DNA of 63,874 bases, filler included, from Lenisia limosa (GCA_001655205.1; 7 parts of 7 records of this genome joined end to end with filler, not necessarily neighbours in it); one strand, 5' to 3'; counted from the whole stretch's first letter, positions 25,024 through 38,421 are shown. Notes: a model not told the origin generated them from the letters alone. Numbers and translations are program-made.

Positions 25024-28000
25024 ATGATGCAACGAAGTCGTCAAGGAGGCCTAAATAGGCCCAAGGCGAAGAAGATTGTGATTAGAGGCTTGACAGAAGC
25101 AAAGGTCTCGCCTGGGTTGCCGGATGGCTTTAGGGAGTCCAGCTGGCTCAAGTTAAACACCGCCGTGTCGGCAATGTATGACAAATCCAATATTGCAACC
25201 CCTTTGGAAGAGCTTTACCAGGTAACCAACTTCCTTTTAATTCATCGCTTTCAGTCCGTTGGAGATCTCTGTCAACATGGCCAGCAAGAGTGGCTCTACC
25301 ACAAGCTTCAAGCTGTCATTAAGAGTCACATGAGCCGTCTTCTTGATATTGTCAAAGGGTGGGGATGGAATGCTTCAGATCACAGGGTGGGGATGGTGAG
25401 TCGAAAGTAGAAACGGAGTTGTTATGCATTGGATGCGATTGTATTATACTGTTCCCAATATCTCTTATTAACTTGGTGTGGACGGCTTTGGCGAGACACT
25501 TCCTTTGCTATTTCTCACTTCTGCATATTGTTGGATACCTGAGAAAGGTTATTGGCGCATGGTTCGAAGCCTTCCACACCTCGTTGATAGTGCAGGATAA
25601 AATTAAATGCTCCATTGTATTGGTGGTGTCCATTGAGAAATGATTTTGAACATGTTGTCTTGACCGACATATTCCAATACTCAGGAGAACTGGTCAAGAC
25701 TTGCCATGGTGACTCTCTTCCAATTGCGTGTAGCAAGGCCCTCATCTCATCACATACCATACATCTTTTTTTTTCCCCCCTTGACATAGTAAAAAATTAC
25801 TCGAATATATGTACACATATCGATGTTTTCTTTTATTGGCGTAATAATCCGTTTTGCTTTGAGGCATCAAAGGATATGGATATATCGACATTGATATGGA
25901 TAGTCTTCATTTTGAGTTCATTTGGAATATCCCACAAGTGTGTTTGCCTATGACATAATCTCTTTTGTCATACTGATCATAGAATACAGATAGTTATTGT
26001 TAACGGCATTCACCGTTTTCTTGCAAGTACAATCTAGGGATAAATTCTAATAGCACTAAATCTGGTGTAGGTTGGAGTACAAGGACGAGACCCAGTTTGC
26101 CCTCTTGATGAACCAAGTCTGGTCGGATTTCAGCACCCAAACCGTGAGAGAGGGGTGATTGTCTATCAATACTACCTTTTTATTACAATAAATCGAGATA
26201 CAAATAATAACATAGGGATACCAGCTTTTTTTACCCGAATTAACGGCACGGTGCCCCCTTTTTTCGTTACCGTACCTCCTTGTAGAACTGCTTCTTGTTT
26301 GAGAACAGGAGTATATAGCAATGAAAAATAGAAATAAAGATGTATCATGCTTATAAGAGATATTGGATTATTGTATAATAGTTCACCCAATCATTTAAGA
26401 AAAATTCATAGGTATACCGTCAACATATTTTTCCATACCTGGTAGAATTTCATTCGAGCCGTTTTTTGTCACTGTTGTATCGTCACCCTTTTACCGAAAG
26501 GTGACAGATGAAATTTTCAACTCACCTTCCTTGAAACATCCATATTGTGGATTACTTATTTGCCTTTTTCTGAAGTTAAATTGACATTTATCATTCTTAA
26601 ACATTCTATCATCTGTCCAGTCACTCCAATTCACACAAACGTGTTTCACAGTATAGTCCTCCATTCGAAATGTGTTCCTGATCCTCGACCGCACCTACGC
26701 CGCCGCCGCAACCGGCCGCATTCCTATTTGGTATGCTGGGAAGGCATGCAGAAAGCTATGTGTACAGAGTCGTAAGGCAAATAACTGGAACTAATATTAT
26801 ATTCGAGGTCACGTTGTTTTATTGCCCATCTACACATAATCCTTATAAAGGACCCGCACTCATCTTTAGGGAGTTCTCAGTTGGCCTGCTAAAAGACGAG
26901 ATCCTAAATGAGCCCTCAGTATCGGAGACCCTTATTTCGGCCATCACAGTCCTCATTGAGAAGGACAGGTAATCGGGCTGGGTATAACCTTCCTAATATG
27001 GAAGAATATCAGATATAACATTCCTAATATAGAAGAGTATCAGATATAACATTCATCTTGTTCATTCCCTGAGAAACCCTTTTTTTTTCTTTAGAAAACG
27101 TTTAATGTTGCAAAATAAAGGCTTAACCTTGATAGTGTGGAAATAGCTTAATGCTTAATCTTGTAGAAAAGGCGAGTCAGTCAACAAAAGCGACCTGAGA
27201 GGGCTGATTAAGATGTGCAGTGCCACCAACATATACAGTCGCCTCGTGGAGCCTAGGATATTAACGTCAACGCGGGCGTTCTACTCACATCAGCGTTGGG
27301 GGGCGGGGGGTTTAAGTAGTCATATTATACTACTAGATACTATGTACATGTATTTACAGTGACAGAGATAAGTCTTCACCGATTTGCTTAATGATATTCT
27401 AAGGAAAATCGGTCAAGACTTATCGGTCACTGTATATCATGTGGGGCTGATTCTGTCTACAATGTCCATCAGGTTTAATAGCATTGTTTATTAGGACCCC
27501 TCCTTTTGGAAGAGCTGTCAATTCCCGAATTTATGCAATACACCAAGACCAAGTTGAAGGAAGAGTCGGACAGGTATGGGGGGGATGAGTGTAATAAGAG
27601 GTGTGTAACATGTATAAAGTGGCGTGTCACAGATTATTATTTTATATTACATATACAGTGACGAGTGACAGGGAAGTCTTGACCGATTTTCCTTGGGAAA
27701 TCAGACAGCAAATCGGACAGGACTTATCCCAGTCACTGTATATTTCCATTTTCACTCTCCGCACGGTGGATGCGGGGCTGCAGAAGCAATTGGCTTGGGC
27801 TTTGTTGTTTTCAACTCTGTGTGTAATTTTGGGGGGTTTTAAAAGGTCTTTGGTACACTGGGATTTTTCGACGAGCACTGAACATACACCGAACTAGCTG
27901 CTGAACTGAACTTTTTCTATCCATTTATTCCTTTTATGCTGAAATTTCGATGGAAGAATTCCTCTTTAAATTCAAACTTCATTCCATTTTTACTCCGACA

Positions 28001-28835
28001 CGCAGATGTTCAGATACCCTTCCCTGCTCGTCGCGCAATCTGATCTCTGAGATCTTGGATGAGGAGCTTATAAAATCTACTGCTGAAAAGACCGTCAATG
28101 ATGGTGGGTGGGGGATAAGAACTGGAAAGGGGTTGAATTTGTATCAACTCTCGTGTGTTGTCACAGAGTTGTTTTTGTGTTTTTTTGTTTCACAATTTTC
28201 CAATTTTACAGTTTTGATTTTGTGTTTTTTTGTTTCATAAATTTTCCTATTTCACCCCCCCCCCCCAGGTTTAGACCATCTTTTGGACATGGACAGTTAC
28301 AACGACATGGCGTTGATGTGCGGCCTTATGTCGAGGGTCAATGCCACCGTCCTTATCTACAACAGAATCAAGGACTATATTGTGGTATGGGGGGGGGGTA
28401 AACAAATTGGAAATATATGAAATTTAAAAGCCCAAATCAACTCTGTTGGCTGGGAGGAGGCTGATTTAACAACAGAGACGCGTCAAGACCACACCATCAT
28501 TATAGTTTATTATTTATCCACCTCATTACTTGCTTTTCAACTCCATGCTTTCAAAAATAAACCCAGCCACTTTGTTGACCACTTCAGGTTTGTTCATCCA
28601 ACTATTTTCAAACAAGCATGACTCATATTACTGCTGAACAGTTTTGTTTAGTTAAATTGTGACAGCTTTCCCCAGTTGATTCATATTTCAATTGCAGCGT
28701 CCCTCACTTTTCCAGTCTAGGGGCCATGCAATCCTGTCTGCCGACGATGCCGAAAAGGCGGGGGTTGAGAGCCTTATCGCCTTCCGCAATAAAGTCATGG
28801 ACGCTTGCCACTTCTCTTTCAGCAACTCTGCTTGT
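25024..28835 (+). CDS. CUL4: Cullin-4-like E3 scaffold, N-terminal half (truncated by contig linker at ~29.4 kb)
   Basis: KKIVIRGL...LPDGFRESSWLKLNTAV...LEELYQ/SVGDLCQH, QVWSDFSTQT, IRNVFLILDRTY, GLDHLLDMDSYNDMALMCGLMSRV and VESLIAFRNKVMD match CUL4 cullin repeats. Confidence 0.88.
27357..27432. mobile_element. Tc1/mariner-type (Stowaway-like) hairpin MITE, family M1
   Basis: TA|CAGTGACAGAGATAAGTCTTCACCGATTT...AAATCGGTCAAGACTTATCGGTCACTG|TA: long terminal inverted arms, CAGTG ends, TA flanks. Confidence 0.75.
27656..27738. mobile_element. Second M1 hairpin MITE
   Basis: TA|CAGTGAC...GTCACTG|TA sharing the AAGTCTTGACCGATTT core with 27357-27432. A partial copy starts at 31457. Confidence 0.7.
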
Positions 28836-29477
28836 GGGGAGGGTAAAAAAAATTGTATCTGACAATGTGTTATCAATTAAACATAACCTTGTGATAAAAA
28901 CAATACATAAAGATACCATAGGAGGCCAAACTACCGCCCCTCCCCGTAGCTCACTAAACCTGATCCTCTTTTTGTTGTTTTATAAATTTTCCAATTGCAC
29001 CCCCCCCCCTCCACCCAACCCGCTAGCTTTCCAAATTTTATCTCTCATATTCCAAATTTACCCCGAGTAGTTACTCTCATCAATATCCCTGAGATTGGAG
29101 GTTACTACCTGATACTTATACTTATATTCCTCTTTTCTAATATTACGAGTTTACCCTTTTTATCACTAATTACGAATTACTCGAGTAGTTACGGCGGCAT
29201 TGGTTGGGTCGGCCAATCGAATCGACTCTGCTCCAGTGGGGGGGCGACTATTTCAGTTTCAAAACCATGGATAATATCGATATTTTTCGAGAATTGATCG
29301 TCTTTTTTTTGGAACCTAAAGTGAAGCGCTAATATTATTATTGGTGGTTGGTGATGATAGTTAACCATTCTTACCATNNNNNNNNNNNNNNNNNNNNNNN
29401 NNNNNNNNNNNNNNNNNNNNNTTAATTAATTAANNNNNNNNNNNNNNNNNNNNNNNNNNNNNNNNNNNNNNNNNNNN

Positions 29478-29620
29478 ATGTAAAGACAGACCACCCCTTA
29501 CTTGCCATCAATGTAAAGACAGACCACCCCTTACTTGAAAGAATGTAAAGAAAGAAAACTTCCCCCTTACGTGTCACGAATATAAAATTTCCTGACATCT
29601 TCCCCCTTACTTGCCATGAA
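29478..29620. repeat. Degenerate ~33-bp tandem repeat at contig end
   Basis: ATGTAAAGACAGACCACCCCTTACTTGCCATCA repeated and decaying. Confidence 0.7.
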
Positions 29621-32600
29621 TGTACTGACGAACATCGGGATCAGAATCCTCTCTGGCCTCAATCTAAGAAAGTTAACATGGAACCATATTCGCGTGGTAA
29701 CAATATTATTTTTTGAGATTCAAGGTGGCGCAATAAAGGCGGAAAGCAAACCCTTGAAATAAGGAGATTGCTAATGATCTTCTGGATTCCGTTGCTGTCC
29801 GCTGAAGAGGTAAATAACGGCGTGAAATGGATTAACCAGACCTTAGCGAAGATGATGGAGTACTTGGGAAATATCACGGAAATCAATATCGTTGAGCACA
29901 CATCATTGATGTGATATAACACATAAAACATTTCTTTTTAAAAAAACACAATTCCACAAAACAAATATTATTTTATTTACCCCCCCCCCCCCAGCCTACA
30001 CCCGGGGGTGGCTGTGAGTGCCAGAACCCTGAAGTTATGCGTTCTTTGGGCGATCTAAATGGTCAATAAAGGAGCAAAGAGACAATACCATGGTCGTGAT
30101 CATCGATGTCATGAGTCGGACCTCTTCAGATATCATCATAATTAGGGCTTTCCCTCAGTCCCCAAAAAAAGGCCGAATTTCTCAACAAATCTCCGAAAAA
30201 AAACGATATTTTTTTCGGTCTTTTTCGGACCGAAGGGAAGCCCTAATCATAAACCCTCAGCATACCAATGGCTTCTCACATCATGCCATCCCCAACAACT
30301 GCCGTACCCAAGATTGGAATAATTTCCAACAAACTCATACCCTCAAACAATACCATTCCACAACAAATATCACGCCCATAATAGCATTACTCCCAACATC
30401 TCACACCCAGCACACAATTGGTTTCTCATATCCACAATACCCATGATACGTTAACCCATATCCACAATACCCATGATATGTTAACCCATATCCACTTGTT
30501 ATATGGTCATATGACCGACTTTCGAGTCGAAATGATGAACGAAGATAACACGAGGGTTTATCCCGAGTGTATCAGAGTATCATTGAGACTTGTTGGTCAA
30601 TTATCATACAAGTGGATATGAGGTATCAGAATACTGCGTGGAAAATGACAGTTCACACTTGTGAAAATGATCCAAAAAGTGATATGACAATACTCTACAA
30701 ATTTCACACCATCGGAATGACGTTGGCGAATGCGTAGTTTCCAGTGGCCTTGTGGGCCTCATCAACCACAATCAGGACTATCCGATGGGCTGGGCACGAT
30801 TCTGGAGGTCAATAAGCCTGAGGAATATAGAACATTCTTCATATGTTTTTAAGTATCAACTTCTCTTTTCTTCTATTTTGGGAGAGATAATGAGGGCTTC
30901 CCTACGGTTCCAAAAAGACCAGTTAAAAATATTGATTTTTATCGAGGATTTATCGAGAAATTTAGTCTTTTATTCAGCCCGTAGAGAAGCCCAAGATATA
31001 ATCCAAATCATTATATTATACCACTTGAACCATGCTCCCACCTTTTTGTAAGTCCTTTTCCAGTGTTTGTGGGGTGCAGTAAATGACTCGCTTTGTCCTC
31101 CAATGGGCAAAGCGTTCTTCCCAGGGGATTTGCCCGGTCAGCTGAATGGATTCACTCTACAACTGCGGTCAGCTTGGTGCTATTTCGGTCGCGAACAAGT
31201 TTGAATTGAATCGTCCAATATCAACACTATATCAAATCAGCCTTTTCCGGATCAAAGTGTCTTATGTACAGTAATTAGTGCTTCACTTCGGATCGAAAAA
31301 AGACTGAATTTCTCGATAAATCCCTAATAGTGATCAGAATCATTTATCTAAATATCTAGATCATATGTACATATTTTATGCACTCGGAACCCCCAAAATC
31401 CCCCTTGTGTTCGCCGCTAGCAGCCCCTAAAGGATACAGCGTATTCTAGTAGTATACAGTGACCGGGATAAGTCGGTCTTTTCCCGACCAACATACAGCC
31501 CCAGCCCAGCTCACACTTGGAATACCGGCAACAGTGCGACATGCGTGGATCTGTTGATCTACTAGGGGTCTTGTTGGTGCCATGAAAATAATCAGACCTG
31601 GGGGGGAGGGGGGTGTAAAAACAAGAAAGATACTAATAGTGAAGGTACTTCATTTGTGGGCTTGTTAAATATCATTCCATCATGAAAGTAAAATCGGTGC
31701 TTACAACTCCCAACCAACCTTCAGGAAACCACCTCCAGTAGTTGAGCATGATGACGGCAGCAACAAAGGTCTTTCCGAGGCCTGTGGGGAGACTGACAAG
31801 GGTGTTGTCCTTGATTACTGCCTGTTGAATGATAATTAGGAGGTAATAATGATAGAGATGAGTTGCGAAGTCTTCTTGTTAAAGAGCATTCTTAACAGTA
31901 GATGGATGCTCATGTTGAAAGAAGCGTCTGAATAAATTGTGATATCAATGGCTCTCAATTAAGCAAACCAGCCCTCAATATAAGCAAGTTGGAAACGAAC
32001 GAAATAACTGTTCTTTTATTAGACTGTCATAACCTCCCAAATATTTGCAAAAAAAGAAAAGTAATGAACCAGTTTCAAAGCATCATAGCAAGAAAGTTGT
32101 AAAAATGGGGGAAATAACTGGAAGTATTTGGCTGTCGAAGTGGGTGTCCCTCGCACCTGGATCATGGCTTTTTGGTACTGTCGGATCGGCATATTCACTA
32201 AAGAAATAAATATAGAGATTTTGGCTTTTCTGACCTCCCACATAGAGTTTTCTGAGTTCCCAGTATAATGACTATTGTATACCATATGATATGATGCGGT
32301 TTGAAGAAATAATAACATTATACATGTGTAGTATAATGGGAAACAAAACAAGGTTGTATCTGACTGAAGCCGTCCACACAATCACTTCAAAAGATACAAC
32401 ATTCAGCAAACCAGGATATCCCGTCCACACCACCACTTCAAAAGATACAATATTCAGCAAACCAGGATACAGCCGTCCACACCATCACTTCAAAAGATAC
32501 AACATTCAGCAAACCAGGATACACCCGTCCACACCACCACTTCAAAAGATATAATAACATTCAGCAAACCAGGATACACCAGGCTTCGAGTGTGTTCAAG

Positions 32601-33410
32601 TACAGGTTCTGGGGGTTTGGGTGCATTTTTATCAACCTAAAATGTCACATCTTTACCCAGGATCTCTCATGAAACATCGGTGTGACTCACGTCAGGATAG
32701 GGGAAGACACCTGCAGTGGTCACATCCAGTCCTAAGGTCGACCCATCCCCGGGTTTCCTCCAGTTTCCACCTAGAAAATAAATTGTAGCCATATCATAAT
32801 AAGCACTATGGTTATGGGGGGAGTTGTTGGAAGATAAGGGTGACTGTTATCATAAATATCACGAAAGAATTCAATACGCAGTCCGACCTTGACCATTGCT
32901 TGGGGCTTCTGGTTTAGGGCTTGATGGCTTCCGATTACCGCCACCTGTTTCATATTTTAGAAAAAAGGCTCGGTGACAATACAAGATGAGAGTACATTTT
33001 TGTTTATCATAACATTTAAAGGTGATTTACCCAACCATTTACCGCCTTCAATCCCCATGATGACTTACCAAAATAGCTTGTTATACTCTGTTGCCCGCCT
33101 TTCTTTTGTTGCGGCTTTTCTTGCTGCGTAGCTGGGGGCTGCTGATACATTGGCACTGTGGTAGTAAGTATATACTCGAAAACTAATCATGCTTCTTGAA
33201 CACATATAACATAATATAATGTGCCATAATCAATGTCAACGAATAAATGATAGTATTGGCCAGAACCATCCTATCTTCATCTCCCATTGCTTTGCAAGAA
33301 GCCCTCACTCTGCTCTTGGTTGGCCCTCCACGCGGATCCGCTGTCAAAGTCCTCAACCGGGTCGAAAACCTGGGCATCTTTGAAGAAAGGCTTCGGTGGC
33401 TCTTTTGGTT
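29620..33410 (-). CDS. FANCM: FANCM/Mph1-type DEAH helicase, N-terminal part (3' end lost at linker)
   Basis: Exons give [84 protein letters not shown] and [11 protein letters not shown] (SF2 motifs Q, I, Ia, II, III). Confidence 0.93.
30145..30243. mobile_element. ~99-bp MITE, family M2
   Basis: TA|GGGCTTTCCCTCAGTCC...GGACCGAAGGGAAGCCC|TA (14/17 TIR match). Related copies at 30894-30992, 59771-59860 and 62819-62914, and partial ones at ~29270-29329, 31278-31328, ~50900-50960 and ~62440-62512. Confidence 0.75.
32370..32581. repeat. Intronic minisatellite, 51-52 bp x4
   Basis: Unit CCGTCCACACCACCACTTCAAAAGATACAACATTCAGCAAACCAGGATACA starts at 32370, 32421, 32473 and 32525. Confidence 0.92.
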
Positions 33411-33559
33411 CTGAATATAGTCAAAAGGAAAAAGTCGATTTGCTCCACTTAAATCTTGTTCATTTATTAAAAAAAACTGCTCTGAAACATGCTAATATAT
33501 TAAATAAAAAGCCCCCAGTTAAGGCTTTGCTACAGTTATAAAAAAAACGGAATAAATAA

Positions 33560-34740
33560 GCCTATTCAAAAAGAAGCCCTCCACCCACCCCGATTATCTG
33601 GATGTCCCGGGAGCCGATGAAAGGCTTGTAGGTTGTTTTGAAAGCCACCTTGGTTTGGAGCCCCCTGATTGTACCCTTTGCTGCTTTGGTTATTCCCTTG
33701 ATTATACCCTTGGTGATGTCCTTGGTTTGGAACTTGATTTTGCCCGGGATGTGGCGCAAACTGTGGTGCTTGCTGGTAGTTATTCGGTCTCTGTTGTGGG
33801 ACGTTGCGTGAGAACTGTTGGTAGCCGCCATGCTGTTGGGGTGGTCTGGTGTTATTACTCGGAGACTGGTAGCCTGGAATTCGTGGCGGATACGACTACA
33901 AAGTGAAAATAGTGCCATTGCTGACGTCATATTGTACTAAATTCAATCAATCATTTGAAGAACTATCACAAAATATCTGACAACATAGTATAATAGCATA
34001 GTATCATTATTAGTAATTCCATACACATAAGAAGTTATGATTTTTTTGAGTCAAGCCTAGTTGACTCTTCCGTAACCATTGAACTGTCCCCATTTCTGTC
34101 ATCCCTTTTAAAAAAACACCAATGAAAACCCTCACCTGTTGCAAGGGCTGCTGCTGCTGTTGACCCTGAAAGGAGTGAGGAAAGCTATTCGTTTGACTCA
34201 TTAACTGGACAAGTCGAAAGTATACACCCATGTGGGTTATTGCGTGGTTTTTTTTGTTTGTTTGGGGATTACCCCCCCTTCTGCAGCAAACCTGAAATTG
34301 CTGATTCTGATAGATCATGGGTCGAGGCAGTGTCTGGCCTTGGGGGGTGAAGCCTGGGTTACCTGGAATGTAACCGCTGTCTTGGATTCTTGCCTTTTAA
34401 TTCAATGAGTTTAAAGGAAATTGATTAGACAATAAGCTAATTTAGAAATATTTCAGACACTTACTGTATGTAAATGCATATAACCATGCTTGTTGCACGA
34501 GGTAAACAATAAAAAAGGGGAANNNNNNNNNNNNNNNNNNNNNNNNNNNNNNNNNNNNNNNNNNNNNNNNNNNNNNNNNNNNNNNNNNNNNNNNNNNCCT
34601 CCTTGGCCATGGGGATTTTCTCCCCCCGGTATTGGAACCCCATTGTTCATTGCCTTAACGACTGGGGGATGGAAGATGGATGGCAGACAGGTGGAAGGAG
34701 ATCATGATCAGAGGGATGGCGACTCCTGCTTTTAATACCT
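33560..34740 (-). CDS. Gln/Asn/Gly/Pro-rich low-complexity exons, probably the extended N-terminus of the FANCM-like gene
   Basis: Exon ~33585-33900 reads PQQHGGYQQFSRNVPQQRPNNYQQAPQFAPHPGQNQVPNQGHHQGYNQGNNQ. Further Q-rich exons lie at 34.1-34.4 kb, on the same strand and directly upstream of the helicase exons. Confidence 0.55.
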
Positions 34741-35559
34741 ATATGGTATCATCAGTGTAGATTTCAACGTGTTTGCGGGAGTGAAAAAGGCAAAAAAGTG
34801 CTTCAAAGAAATAAAAAAAATTGCTAGTTGAAGTTGAAGATCTTGCTGATCAAGTGTATATGTTTCAGTCATCAACAAAAAGACAAAAAGTCCTCCTCTC
34901 AACTCATCTTACTCAGGAATTTCTTTGAAAATAACCTATTTTGTTCAAAACTAACATGCTTTCCCTCTCATCACACTTCCTCCCCACACTTCGGATGGTT
35001 ACATCTACCATTTCTGTTCCTCTTACCTCTCGCGGATTCGCCACTATCAGTGGGATGGTTGGTCGCCACTATCACAAACATATCTTTGGCGTGTTGATTA
35101 TTTTACAATATTATGAAAAATTTGGTTGTTAGATGAAGGCAGTATAGCTCACCGTTGGTTCAATGGACAAAAGAGGAATGTTCTTGACACTTTCGTTAGC
35201 CCGTTCTATGATATCATTTTCCACCGAGAAACCATAGAAACCTCTTCCTTTTTCATTAAATTTTCTCGATTATTGTTCTCTCGATTTATATTTGATGCAG
35301 CGATTCTTTCCTCACTGTCGCAGGTGACGTTGCAAAGCAGGTCTGCTCTCCTGACTCAGCATGCGGAGCACCTGTAAGCAAGTTGAATAATAATTAGGGC
35401 TTTACTCCGATCCAGAAAATGACTTTCTCGAGATATTATTGATATACTTAGAAAGTTTACCAATTTCTTTTCTACTCGAGTGAAGCCTAATAGTCTAACT
35501 ACTTCTGCTGCATTTTGGACAAATTTGTTCACCTCCAATGTTAACCATTTTAGACCGGT

Positions 35560-36427
35560 ATGCATGAAAAGTGCCACCAGTCCGGACTTGATGCACTCGC
35601 CAACTTCAGAAAGAAGCCTCTCAAACTCAACTGTGCACAGGTTGCGGGATGTGTGGTAAATGTACTACTTTTTAACTTGTTTTATATGTATGGTTCTGTC
35701 TTTTTTGTTTTATTAATTTTAACTGTAAACTATTTTTTTTTGAAATACAGCGCTTTAATTCAAAACAAATTGCCAGAGCTAAAGCACACAGTATCATATT
35801 CATCTTTGATAGAACATAAACAGTCGCTTCTCTTTTGCAATCTGTCTTTGAAGTTGCAAATTGCCTGTACCCCCCCCCCCCGTGTTNNNNNNNNNNNNNN
35901 NNNNNNNNNNNNNNNNNNNNNNNNNNNNNNNNNNNNNNNNNNNNNNNNNNNNNNNNNNNNNNNNNNNNNNNNNNNNCCACGCCTTTGCTGACGACCTCGG
36001 TCTTGAAGGTGATGCATTGGCAGCCCGTCTTAAGAGTTTAAAGAAACATGGTAAAGGTAATGCTCCGGAAGGCCTCTGCGGCTCCCTGTGGTCTGGTGTG
36101 ACCATTGTTGAAGAAATCGGCAACCCAGAGTGTAAGCTTTGGGTTATATAGCATGAGAGTGACAAGCAAGTTTTATCTGATGAAATTAGGTGCTAAGAAG
36201 TTGATGGATTGCTTTGAGAGCGCTGCCGGGTCCCACGAATGCGAAAAGGTGAGTGGATATGAGGAATTGTAAGTGTTAGTGCAATACAGTTTTCTCAATA
36301 ATCATTCTTGGACTATTTCATATTGTTCCAGGTCATTGATAAAGTCAGCTGCCACGACTGTGTGTACATCAGTGGATATGTCCTGAGAAAGTGTCTTCTA
36401 ACCAAAGATCAAGGTAAAGTGTGTTAG
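35560..36427 (+). CDS. C-GCAxxG-C-C family putative redox-active protein
   Basis: Spliced product has LNCAQ...HGKGNAPEGLCGSLWSG...AGSHEC...SCHDCV, the NCAQ / GxxxxGxCG / C / C pattern of the family (Pfam C_GCAxxG_C_C). About 145 aa, at least 3 introns. Confidence 0.7.
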
Positions 36428-37053
36428 CCGCCAGAAACCATATTTAAAACCATGTGATGTCTTCTTTTTGATCTTTTTGTGCAATGTATCTTTTGAAAAA
36501 AGCGAAAAAGCATAAGGAGCACTGAAGGAGGACAGGAGGAATACCAATACCAAATTTTAGTAGTTTTGTGATTGTGTTCCTGAGTTTTGTAATTTATCTA
36601 TAAAAAGCTGTAATATCACAATTTACCAGATATGATATGATATTGATATGATTCATATATCACATTTGAGGAACGGAAAACTAATGTTTTTCAGCTGTGT
36701 TTTAGTATTTAGTGTGGTGGTATGTAACTTGTAGGTAACTTAGAGTTTAGGAGTTTTTTATTAAACACAAACTATGACCAAAAATAGTGGAATTTCGCAC
36801 CCCCAGGTTTTAATTAATAAAATTCCCATTTTCCCTTTTCGGCGACAACGAGAAATGCGAGAAATCTAATAACAACTCTGAGTGAACTAATAATAAAGAA
36901 AGAAACTGTAAAGAAAGACTAAAGCTACTAAACAAAACAGCGAAGCGTGTAGCCCAGCCTCTCAGGCAGGTACATTGCCTGCACTCTTTAGATACAGGGG
37001 AATTAACAAAATAAACTGTCTTTAATACCGCCTCTAGGTGGATAAACGCAACA

Positions 37054-38421
37054 ATGGCCTTAGCTAGCCCTGATCCAGACAGTAACATTGAGCACTACAC
37101 TTTTCAGGTATTCTCTTTTGTTTACAGCCTTTTATTGATTGATTAGGTGATTCGTGACGGTGGTAGACTGGAAGAAGTAGAGGGTTGTTTCAGAAGGGGT
37201 TGTGATCATCTTGCCAAAGACAAGGTTGGAGGGGCAAATATCCCCTTGTCACTATCAAACAAGAAATCCCCATTCCCCCTTGAATAAACTGACTCTTTCA
37301 CCTTGTTGCTGTATTTTTTTTCCCGGCTCTTGAAAAGGCTGGTGAAAAGTCTGATGCTGTTATTTTGAATATCGCTTTTTTGCCACCCTTCCCTTTATAG
37401 TAGAGGACTTCGGTATTGTGGTGATTTGGCTTTTATTTGTTCATTACCCATGATATATATAGAACTGACTACCATAAAAAATCGTGCTTTTCTTTGATAG
37501 CGATTGGGTTTTCAGCTACTTCTAACCCTTTTCAGGATGGCAACACTCTTCTCCATTATGCCGTTGAAGTGAATCGAGTTGATTTGGTGAAGCTTCTCAT
37601 TGCAAAAGGTGTCGATCCTCTTTCAAAAAGTGATGTATGGGGGGGGGGGGGGGNNNNNNNNNNNNNNNNNNNNNNNNNNNNNNNNNNNNNNNNNNNNNNN
37701 NNNNNNNNNNNNNNNNNNNNNNNNNNNNNNNNNNNNNNNNNNNNNNNNNNNNNNNNNGATAAATCTTCGACAAACATCGAAACAGCGATTTTACCTGGGT
37801 TTTTTTTTGGAAACAGGGTGTTCCCAAGGACAAATTATTCCTTTTTTCATGGCCTCTACTCTCGTCTTTTTGCCCTCGCATTCTTCCTTTTCACTTCCCG
37901 TTTCAGAACATTTGATATTACAAATGTACGTATCACATCTGATTTTCTGTTTATAACGTATCTACAATATGATCTTGTGTTTTTGTATTTCATACCGAGA
38001 TAGATATACACTACGGAGACAGGTAAGGTTGATACCAATGTCATCTTATTAGTCTTCTCATTTCATATTTTCAATAAACCCATTTGAATGTACATTTTGG
38101 TCATTGCTATTAGGTGGGGTGGGGCTGCATTCAGCTTGCTGCCGCAAGAGGATTCCATGAGGTAGGGGAGGGGACGCATTTTAATTTTGGCCAAGTAATG
38201 ACATATTTATTGCATATCTGATCAAAGCTTTCAATATATACTTGTTTAATAAGGATAATGAGAATACATTATCACAGATCACTAATATAAAGGTTCTTGG
38301 AGCACTGATGGGACGTGAAATGGTTTGGAACAAGACAACTGGAGAAGTCAGTTTCAGGGACTCACCTTACGTTTCCCCAATTCTGAAGTTCCCAACCAGG
38401 AAGGGGAGAGTAGCAAAGTAG
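37054..38421 (+). CDS. Small ankyrin-repeat protein
   Basis: Exons give ...DKDGNTLLHYAVEVNRVDLVKLLIAKGVDP...GWGCIQLAAARGFHE... with in-phase GT-AG junctions. Confidence 0.75.

Noticed and set aside
25515-25787. 90-aa antisense ORF inside a long CUL4 intron
   Set aside because: No recognisable motif or splice support, and the region includes an R4 repeat copy. Likely chance.
28835-29700. CUL4 and FANCM both truncated and facing each other (apparent fusion or rearrangement)
   Set aside because: A contig linker lies between them, so the truncations are assembly breaks.
32370-32581. CRISPR-like appearance of regularly spaced repeats (also 62970-63210)
   Set aside because: Units are contiguous with no unique spacers, there are no cas genes, and the context is eukaryotic. 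These are minisatellites.
35280-35380. CSAC-TGA-VRRADLLCNVTC on the minus strand (possible selenocysteine or zinc finger)
   Set aside because: Exon frame cannot be fixed, no SECIS was identified, and other frames are equally plausible.
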